From assembly GCA_951406725.2 (NCBI GenBank), contig OX597830.1, positions 57,846,001-57,910,000 of the forward strand: a stretch of DNA of 64,000 nt, given 5' to 3'. This stretch comes from Octopus vulgaris (Eukaryota). Each line of letters opens with the position of its first letter. Position 1 is the stretch's first letter. The notes beneath the pieces were generated by a model, which saw only the letters and a program-made list of their open reading frames with translations, was not told where the DNA came from and did no database searches. Shown here in pieces: positions 54,689-64,000 of the stretch. The translations under genes were made by a program, and so were the position numbers.

Positions 54689-54965
54689 CAGTTCTATATT
54701 TAAGAGACGAGGAATTATGTACATTATTTACACTTGACGGATATTTGTCCTCATCTTGTTTGTTGTTAACACAACGTTTCGGCTGATATACCCTCCAGCC
54801 TTCATCAGGTGTCTTGGGGAAATTTCGAACCTAGGTTCTCATTCCTAAGGTATTTTTTGATGTTATTATTCAGGTCACTGCCAGCAATCGAACTTGGCAT
54901 CTTGGGGTTAGTAGCCCAAGCTCTTAACCACTACACTATCATCATGCCTGTTAAATGTAAATAAT
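54689..54965 (-). mobile_element. tRNA-headed, hammerhead-bearing element, copy 2
   Basis: Minus strand A-box tagtgtagtgg and B-box gttcgatt. Direct repeat aatattaatcaat at 54672-54684 and 54963-54975. Confidence 0.8.
54768..54813 (-). ncRNA. Putative minimal type I hammerhead ribozyme (Penelope-like)
   Basis: Minus strand GACAC-CUGAUGA-A-GGCUG-gaggguauau-CAGCC-GAAA-CG-UU-GUGUU: core boxes, stem I (GACAC/GUGUU), stem II (GGCUG/CAGCC), minimal palindromic ACGU stem III. Confidence 0.72.
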
Positions 54966-56395
54966 ATTAATCAATGACTAAAACTTTCATTCTTCTGACA
55001 AATACGAAATACATGTTCGGACATGTTTCAGCCATCAATGAAATTCATTGGCAAAACACAGCCTTCACTATATTTGTTGAATTGTGTAATACATGGTTCA
55101 TTCAAATATATTCAGCCATGGTGATGCTCTAATTAGTTATCGTTTGTTTGAATTGATGTTATTGAATTTCTGTAAAAGATGGAGGGGTGGAGGTAAGTGT
55201 TGAAACTCTGTTTCAGTCAAAGCAGCTCAGAAATCTCAAGTACTTTTTCTTTCATCATCATGTCTGTTTTTACTAGCAGGTATGGGTGGGGTGGGTTCCA
55301 TGATTTGAGTTATTCAGAATTACACTATCTTGGCCAAAACACGAGAAAGGTTATCTTGTTTCCCAACAAATGAGAATAAGGCGAGAGAGAGAGAGAGAGA
55401 GAGTAAAAGAGTAAAAGAGTAAAAGCTGCATAAAGGTTGTTGTTGAGGAAATTGAATGAAAGCAACATTATCTGAGAGGATGACAGGAGAGTGAGACAAA
55501 GTAATAAAAATTCTTAAGATCTTCAAGAATTAAGGAATTTTCAATAACATTTTTGTTGCAGTTCTAATATTTTTACTGCAAATTGTCCATTTGACCTTTC
55601 CAATAAGCTGGACGACATCCATTCTGTCTGCTGCCAAATATCCCACAAGTATTGTGTTTTTGCTGTGTGATATTTATAGAGGATGGATATTCCAAAGAAT
55701 TGATCCCAGCACGCAACTGGTACTTATTTTATTGACTCTCTTTAGGGGGGTGAATGGGGATAAAAGACCTGGTTAACATTAAAAATTTGAAGTGAACATT
55801 TCAAGAATGAAGTAAAGAACATAAGGCACTTAGATTGGTTTTCTAACCATTTTTACAAGACAAATTCTCCTGCAGTGTCGTGAGAGCCACAAACTGGACA
55901 ATGAAAACACGAAAGACTTGAAGAAGCTATTTATCTTAAAGGCTGCAAATTTTGGGATACTTTTCATTGACCACTTGTATTTCGTATCATTATTGGTCAG
56001 GTGAGGTGTAGGGAGCATGCACCATTGCAGTGCATTGCTACACTCACCATTTATCAGCATATTCCTGGGTCATCCTAGGCAAACCATTGAGCAGAGTCAT
56101 CAATCAGTTCCCATCTCTGTGAGAATCCTCTTCATCTGCCGTGACATTGGGGCCAGGAAGATGCAACCTCTCGTCTTTTGTGGTTGACTTAGTTCTGGGA
56201 ATGAAAACGTCTCCTGGAAAATGTTTTGATGCATTAAATCAGTTGATGATTATTAAGGGGAACATTAAGAAACATACATTGTGCATGATTGAAGCTCTGT
56301 TTAGGGTATTAGGGATTTGATTTTAAGCTATTTAAATCCATGGAGATTGGTTATATTAAGATGTTGTTCATTTGGATGTATTTTTCTCTCTCTAG

Positions 56396-56459
56396 GTTGA
56401 TGATGAAGAATTATCTTGTCGAGAAGGATCTGAAAATAAAGACACTGTCAAGAGACAAG
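56396..56459 (+). CDS. spir: Spire exon, acidic linker (VDDEELSCREGSENKDTVKRQ)
   Basis: tttttctctctctag acceptor, AG/GTGAAA donor, 64 nt, phase 0-1. Needed to keep frame between 54499 and 59157. Confidence 0.8.
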
Positions 56460-56677
56460 GTGAAAATTATTTCAAGTTTCCTATTTTGAAATTTTTGTAG
56501 TTTTAAAAAATTTTGTTTTATTTTCGTTTTTTGATGTTTTCATTTATGAGATGATTTTTGTTTTGGGAACAAATGGATTAAAGACTGTTACACAGTGCCT
56601 TGGGTAAGAATCTTTTCCAATAGATTCAGGTTGACTAATACCTTGAACAGACTTTGGTAAATGGAAGCTATACAGAA

Positions 56678-56729
<52 letters not shown>

Positions 56730-57040
56730 GGCAAAAAGAAAATGGAAGGGATACAAAAATGACATACATCAGTCGGTAGAAATTCTATTATGTCTATTCC
56801 AAAACAAAGGGAGTATTATAAGAACAGATACACAGGCAAAGACTGGGTGCTACACAAATATGTACCAGTAATACATAAGAGTAAAAAAATTTTATGTATT
56901 ACTGGTACATATTTGTGTAGCACACAGTCTTTGCATGTGTATCTGTTCTTATAATACTCCCTTTGTTTTGGAATAGACATAATAGAATGTCTACTGACTG
57001 ATGTATGTCATTTTTGTATCCCTTCCATTTTCTTTTTGCC
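56730..57040. repeat. Long near-perfect inverted repeat (149-bp arms, 13-nt loop)
   Basis: 56730-56878 is the reverse complement of 56892-57040, with 4 mismatches by manual count. Preceded by a (TA)n run. Confidence 0.95.
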
Positions 57041-57232
57041 ATATAAATTAAGGGTAAACCACTTTTTACTCCTGCCCATATATGACACTCGACTGCGAAA
57101 TTGCTATGCAATAACCAGCACCTAGGTATTAGTTATTGGGTACATTACCAGCAGTATATTGGATAGATACTATCCTTTAGTTGGCTTCGGACACAAAACT
57201 CTACTTGTGAAGACCTGTTGAGGCAAGTGAAG

Positions 57233-57285
57233 ATCAACATGAATGGATCAACATGAATGGATCAACATGAATGGATCAACATGAA
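57233..57285 (+). repeat. 14-bp tandem repeat (atcaacatgaatgg, about 4 copies)
   Basis: Direct inspection. Lies in the 5' part of a family A copy. Confidence 0.9.
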
Positions 57286-57944
57286 TTGTAGCTGTGATAC
57301 CAGTGCTGGTGACACATAAGAGAACCATCTGAACGTGGCCGAGGCCAGTGCCGCCCCGACTGGCTTCTGTGCCGGTGGCATGTAAAAAGCACCATCTGAT
57401 CGTGGCCATTGCCAGCCTTGCCTGGCACATGTGCCAGTGGCACGTAAAAGACACCCACTACACTCATGGAGTGGTTGGCGTTAGGAGGGGCATCCAGCCA
57501 TAGAAACACTGCCAGATCAGACTGGGCCTGGTGCAGCCTTCTGGCTTCCCAGACCCCCAGTTGCACCGTCCAACCCATGCCAGCATGGAAAGCTGATGCT
57601 AAACAATGATGATGATGATGATATGTAATGATTTTATTTTCAATTATAATAAAAACAATTTTTTATTAATCTGAAGTGTTACTCCAAATTTGAGCACAAA
57701 TTATATATTTCTCATTTAACACCTGTATTTTGTACTCTAGTATGGTTTGGTTGGAAATTAATTTTTAGGCGAGATTTTACACTTAGATGCTTGTCACCAA
57801 TCCGCATCTGATTTTCAAATAAGGGATTCCAATATTCTACAGATTGTCAAAATTACTGAGACCAGTTCTGATAATGCAGTGTAATCCTCTCTGCTATTTT
57901 GCTCAGATTGTAATCAGTAACATTCCCACACATTCAAGCACACA

Positions 57945-57978
<34 letters not shown>

Positions 57979-59156
57979 GTGTATATGTATTCTTTTACTT
58001 GTTTCTCTTATTTGGCTGTGGCCATAATGGAGCACCGCCTTTAGTCGAACAAATCGACCCCAGGACTTATTCTTTGTAAGCCTAGTACTTATTTTATCGG
58101 TGTCTTTTGCCAAACCGCTAAGTTACAGGGATGTAAACACACCAACATCAGTTGTCAAGCGACGGTGGAGGGGACAAACACACACACACACACACATACA
58201 CACAGGTTTCTTTTAATGTCCATCTACCAAATCCACTCACAAGGCTTTGGTCGACCTGAGGCTATAGAAGACACCTACCCAAGGTGCTATGCAGTGGGAC
58301 TGAACCCAGAACCATGTGGTTGGGAAGCAAGCTTCTTACCACACAGCCACACCTGCACCTGATAAAAAATGTAGACATCAAGAAAATTGAAAACCCAAAA
58401 CTCTTCAGCCACAGTTCCTTGTGTATTTTTTCTGCACAATTCTACAGATCTTTCGTCACTCAGTGCCACAAATATTGTAAATCAATGATCACCCCATTAA
58501 AAACCTGCAAGTGACAAATAATTGTCAAAAAGCTAAAGTAGGGTTTGTAACCTGGTTTTGATAATCAAACTGAAGCAAGCAGAGAGAAAGAGAGTGTGTG
58601 TGTGTGCTTCACTCACTGGCTTCACTCACTGGCTTCACTCTGTATTTGTAGGAGAGATTTGCTTCTTTGATCTTGTCATCAGTTGTTTGGTAGAGTCACC
58701 TTACAAACTGTGTCACCAAATTCAAGTTTTAAATACAGCCATTTTTCAGATCTGAGCATTTTAGAAAATCATTTTTATCCAGCCCGAATGGTCTACCCTG
58801 TTTTACGTTCAAACCAACCTGATCTTGCCTCTCACACCTACCCTACAATGTCATTCTAAAAATAAACAATCACATGAATGTAATTTCCAAGCTATGATTC
58901 CAAGCTATGTGATTCATTCAAAATGATGTTAATAAACAAGCAGAACACCTGACAGGTTAATTAACCAATTAGCAATCAAATTACTCTAAGTTTTACTTTT
59001 TATTACACATTGTTACTTCAGAATATAATGGACTGTGTTGTTAGTGCAAAAATATTTTTATTTATTTCAGTAAAATGAGTGTAATTAAGAGTATAAAGAA
59101 ATATTTTATCAATATTAAAAATTTTGTTTTTTATAATTTCTTAATTGCATTTTTAG

Positions 59157-59500
59157 GGAAACAAGACCATTCCACAGATAAAAATGCGAAGCTAGTTCGA
59201 CGGCATACCATTATGGTATGCGAGTCTCCGACTGAAGCAAAAACTTCACCAATATTTGAAACCCTTCAAATGATCAGTGAATTAGAAGAGTCTCCTGACG
59301 GTGGAAATCTTGTAAAAAGCCTCAGCAGTTCTGAAAACATTTCAAGATCTGTTGGGAATTCCCCAACGACAAGTGACCGAAATCTACATGTAGATCATTC
59401 TACGAAATCAAACGTAATGCATGTAAGTTGGACTAGTTCGTCTACTCACACCAAAGAGCACCAACGTAGCTTACCATACAAAGATTATCATCCACTGTCT
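59157..59500 (+). CDS. spir: Spire exon, Ser-rich central region (GKQDHSTDKNAKLVRRHTIMVCESP...YHPLS)
   Basis: tttttag acceptor, TCT/GTAAGT donor, 344 nt open frame, phase 1-0. RRHTI resembles the RRHT/RRHS motif of Spire central regions (from memory). Confidence 0.85.
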
Positions 59501-59829
59501 GTAAGTAAACAATCCCGCTTCTTGCACGAATTTTTTCAACCTTATTTTCTTTAGAGTCGGTTATCAAGGTTGGGCAATGGCAAGGGAGACAACCCGAAAT
59601 TTAGAGTTCTGTGGGAAAATATCTTATTTGAAGGTTTTGAGGACACAGACAACGCACAATGCTTGTTAATCCTGGTGAATAACTTTCTCTTTTGGAAATG
59701 GTACTGCTTGTATGACGGTGACACTCATTTACAACTATTATGCAATGTCATGACAAGGAGATACAAATGATGGGCTTAGTTTCTGCCTGTCGAATTCACT
59801 CACAAGACTTTGGTTGACCTAGGGCTATA

Positions 59830-61005
59830 ATAATAATAATAATAATAATAATAATTGTGTACAGTGCTCAGGTGCACTACAACTCATCTAAAGTGTATAT
59901 ATAATCAGGTGTAGTTTCGGCGGATTTCCGAAAGCACGAGGGCCTTAAAGGATGCAGTGTCATGGCAGTCAACAACTGACGCAGGCAGTTTATTCCATGC
60001 TTCAGCAACTCTGAGCATGAAAAAATGTTTCCGAAAGTCATGGGAGCTGTGTTGTTTTCTGACTTTGTAGGCATGTCCACGTGTGTTGGACACATGGAGA
60101 TCAAAAAGGTGTTCAGTGTTGTTGTTGGTGAGGTGGTTGATAACCTTGTGGGTGTTTACCAAGTCCGTCGCCAGACGCCGGAGCTTCAGTGAATCCATGC
60201 CCAGGGAAACAAGGCGCTCAGAATATGGTAGGTGTCTGATGGAGGGTATGCGTTTGGTTGCACGTCTCTGGACAGATTCCAGGAGGTCAATGTTCTGAGC
60301 AAGATAGGGATTCCAAACTGATGATGCGAATTCCAAGTGCGGTCGTACCATAGCTGTATACAGTTTTAAATAGATGGCTGGAGAGCGGCTAACAAAAGTC
60401 TTGCTGAGTGATGCCAAGACACCTCGGCCTTCTTGACAATTTTAGAGATATGCTTTGTCCAACGCAAATCACTGCTGACAGTGATGCCTAGGTCACGCTC
60501 GCAAGAGGATTTCTTGATATCAGTGTTGTGGAGGGAGTATGTGGACGCAGGGTTTTTTCTCCCAAAATGCATGGTGGTACACTTGTCCACAGCCAGTTTC
60601 AGTTGCCAGTCTGTGATCCATTGCTGCATTGTGTCTAGGTCTGATTGCAGGAAAGAGTTGTAGACATCAGGATCAGTCCTCTTGATTTCAAGGTACAGCT
60701 TGATGTCGTCTGCATATTTCAATACTGTGGCATTCTTTAAATTGGCATCTATGTCATTAATGTATGCCACAAACAGGAGGGGACCAAGGACAGATCCCTG
60801 TGGTACACCCGATGACATCTCATATGGTGTAGAGTGCTGTCCTAGAACTGTGACTACCTCCTTTCGGCTGAGGATGAAGGATTTCAACCAGTTAAAAAGG
60901 TCATCCTCCACACCCATTGCAGAGAGTTTCACCATAAGCCTTTTGTGTGGCACAGAGTTGAAAGCCTTAGCAAAGTCAAGGTAGACAACATCCACCCATG
61001 AGCCA
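59830..61005 (-). mobile_element. 5'-truncated CR1-clade LINE (reverse transcriptase C-terminal part)
   Basis: VYLDFAKAFNSVPH, SGVPQGSVLGPLLF, YADD, RPHLEFASSVWNP, LESVQRRATK, TRGHAYK and RVAEAWNKLP. (ATT)n tail, one frameshift near 60420, ctata repeated at both junctions inside a family C SINE. Confidence 0.93.
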
Positions 61006-62928
61006 CTATAGTAGGAGACACTTGCCCAAAGCCAACACAATGGAACTGAACCTGAAACCATGTGGCTGGGAAGCCAACTTCTCAACCACATGACCACACT
61101 TGTGTCTATGTCCTGTTTATTCTTGGCAAAAGTGCAAATTTGGAAAAGAACCAAATCCTTTTTGGAAAATGAGCATAATCTCAGTGTAGGTGTTTGCAAG
61201 TTGAAGTACCACATTAAAGGGAATTTGTATAGACTTATAGCAAAGATAATCAATCAAATGCTTCAGAATAAAAATGTTCTGAGAACAAACTTCATGGTCT
61301 ATCATGGTTCTGTGAAGTGCTTCTGAGATGCACCAAAGTGAAACCATTTCTAAAGTGGTGCTTAATATGACAAGATTTTAAAATAGAGCTGTTCTCTCCT
61401 TGTTCTGCACATCACTTTCAGCGCTAAATCTTTTTAACATTCTCCAATGTTTCTTTGCACAATCTTTCCTTCGACAAATAACTCCTCTCTTGAAATCTCA
61501 TTTGATTATGTGAAACTTCCAGAACTGTAATGTTCAACTTGTTCCCCAACAAGCTTTCTGCCAATTCAATAAAAATGATTATCACCTGCACCTAAATAAG
61601 AAGCTAGAATGTCTATAAATAGATGTCCATCCTATAAAATGGTCTTTTATTTATGATCTGTATTGATGTAAATTGATTGAAAATTATCTTTATCAGCTTG
61701 TTTGAATGTCTTGTCAAAATTATTTCATCAACCTGAACTTCTCCACAACTGGGCCTACTTTGTGTGAGAGTGCTTTATTCTTGTTAATCCGTGTGTCTCT
61801 TTATTTGAGTGCTTTTGTGCGTGAATATGTTTGTGTGTGTCAAATTTTATTCATTCACTGTCATCTCTTCAACATTTATTTATTTAATAAATTATCTCTT
61901 GATCAAGGAATTGGATGAATCTGAGTTGGAAATAGTAAGTAGTTGTTTTGAGAAGCTAAATAATGATTTTACTCAAGTTTTTACTAAACCTACTTACGTC
62001 CTGGGTCACTTTGTGATCTTCCATATAACCTGTCCCTTTTCTTTCCCTTTTTCTGGTACAGTTTCCTGCTTGGTTTTATTTACAAACAGAAATGTTTGTT
62101 TTGTCTTTCATTTGACTAATATATATTCACTTGGTACTTATTTTTCTGTTGGATTTTTAATGATTTCACAGTTTGTGTTTTTTATTAACATTTGTTGTTT
62201 TAGATTCAGTGGCTTAGTTATTAGGGAACTGATTCTAAAATTGTAATTTTTTGCCCTTTTCATTTACACAGTATTGTACACTATGACCCTACTAAACCCT
62301 GTTGTCTTGGCTGGAAATATGCACTTTATCCATAAGCTTAATCTTAGCGAATTTGGTGTTAAGACTACTGGCTACAGATATATAGATCTCTGAAACTATC
62401 TCTTCCATTTTTACACAGAAAATAACTAAGATCCTTAAATATTTTTCCCCCTAGAAACAAGAATTTTTTTTCTTTTAATAAGTGTACATATATTAATCTT
62501 GAGAAATTAAAGATAAAGTTGTTCCAGTGAGATTTGAACTGTGCGCTTTGCTTTAAAATGTCAGCTCACCCCTCCATTTTAAAATATAGCTAGTGTTATT
62601 CACAAAGAATTTATTCTACTTTAAGAAGGATGGTTGAATTTTATAAATTTGCTTTCACTTGAAATATATTTTTATAAGTTAGTCAAAGGCGGAGGGGGCA
62701 GTCTTCAATACTTTTGGAAGTCTTCTCAGAGACTGATGTGGTTGATGTTCAGCGTGAATATCTGTAGCATAGTGTCTCAGACAGTAAACTGGTAGAATTG
62801 GTATTGTACCAGATTGAAAGCTTTATGGCCTTTGACTTTCTGCAGTTCAAATCCTGCTACAGTTAACTTTGCCTTTTCATTATTACAGAGCATGGAAAAC
62901 AGAAATTAATAAATTATTATGATAATAA

Positions 62929-62993
<65 letters not shown>

Positions 62994-63004
62994 CACACAC
63001 AATA

Positions 63005-63490
63005 CCCTCGTCGCCTTACTGGCACTTGAAAAAACATTCAAGCGAGGTTGTTGCTAGTGCCGCTGGACTGGCTCCTGTGCAGGTGGCACGTAAAAAGCAC
63101 CATTTGAGCGTGGCTGTTGCCAGTACCACCTGACTGGCCCTCATGCTGGTGGCATGTAAAAGCACCCACTGCACTCTCAGTGGTTGGCATTAGGAAAGGC
63201 ATCCAGCTGTAGAAACATTGCTAGATCAGATTGAAGCCTGGTGCAACCATCTGGTTCACCAGTCCTCAGTCAAATTGTCCAACCCATGCTAGCATGGAAA
63301 GCAGACGTTAAACGATGATGATACAACAGGTTTCTTTCAGTTTCTATCTACCAAATCCACTCACAAGGCTTTGGTCAGCCCGAAGCTATAGTGGAAGACA
63401 CTTGCCCAAGGTGCCACGCAGTAGGACTGAACATCAAACCATGTGGCTGGAAAGCAAGCTTTTTACAAGACAGCCATGCCTGTGCCTATA
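63005..63490. mobile_element. Family A copy (+) abutting family C head (-) next to a microsatellite
   Basis: Sequence similarity to the other copies in the window. Confidence 0.75.
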
Positions 63491-64000
63491 TAAGAAAATT
63501 GTTAGAATATTTAGTGCATTATAGGAGTAAAACCTGTTTATTGTAGATAAATTTTAACAAAATATTTGGCAAGACTTCTGCCCATTTCCCCCAAAAATCC
63601 ACCTTTTTTTTCTTTTACATTTTTTTAAACCCCCCCCCATTTCGGCTACAGGGAATACAAATCTGCAAAAATTGGCATTTTAAAATTACCACCCCCATTT
63701 CCTTCATTTTTTGCTTTTTTCAGAAATTTTTTTTTTTCAAAATATGTGGAAAAATATGGAGATTATGATTCTGACAAAAATTTCCAAAAATCTTTGTAAA
63801 AAATTTTTTTAAGAATTTTTTTTTTTTCTAAATACACTGAAAAATAGACATTACGATTCTGACAAAAATTTAAAGCATTTTTGTAGTTATGGTTATGGTT
63901 TTAGGGTTAGGGTTAGTCTTGGGGGGAAAAAGCCAAAATTTAAGAATTTGGTCGGGAGGAAATTTCACAATGCCGATTTTTGGCAATTTTCCGGAACCTC

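Noticed and set aside
54875-54945. tRNA gene
   Set aside because: A and B boxes are present but acceptor and T stems do not pair cleanly. It is the head of a repeat, as are the other SINE heads.
60366-61253. 295-aa ORF as a host or intact RT gene
   Set aside because: Chimeric: the N-terminal part reads through intron and SINE sequence, and only the part from about 61005 down is CR1, ending at a frameshift.
63886-63916. TTAGGG-like repeats
   Set aside because: Only 2-3 units inside AT-rich sequence, and the gene probably continues downstream. Not a telomere. The surrounding repeat could not be classified.
1-64000. Prokaryotic operon or defence system
   Set aside because: Spliced gene, very low coding density, SINEs, LINEs and microsatellites show this is metazoan nuclear DNA.

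Overview
This is eukaryotic, AT-rich, repeat-dense animal DNA, not prokaryotic. The SINE families and the (TG)n/(TA)n/(GAT)n load suggest an octopus or other coleoid cephalopod (inference, no search run). The whole window lies inside one plus-strand gene, an ortholog of the actin nucleator Spire. Ten GT-AG coding exons (391-428, 3949-4188, 8024-8149, 10291-10350, 13143-13304, 17786-17872, 49603-49720, 54390-54499, 56396-56459, 59157-59500) splice into one stop-free frame of about 450 codons: C-terminal KIND domain, four WH2 motifs and the central linker. The start exon lies upstream, and I found no Spir-box or mFYVE exons, so they presumably lie downstream. A single 31.7 kb intron separates WH2-C from WH2-D. 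The introns hold several SINE families, piggyBac/hAT/mariner MITEs, fossil Tc1/mariner, hAT and Chapaev3-like transposons, and a 5'-truncated CR1 LINE. The most unusual signals are: (1) a short tRNA-headed element with a Penelope-type minimal hammerhead ribozyme and Penelope-like inverted ends (two copies); (2) a near-perfect hairpin with 149-bp arms plus other fold-back inserts; (3) candidate alternative first, micro and terminal exons that could give truncated Spire isoforms. Most ORFs in the supplied track are spurious. Repeat boundaries are approximate unless a TSD or TIR is given.
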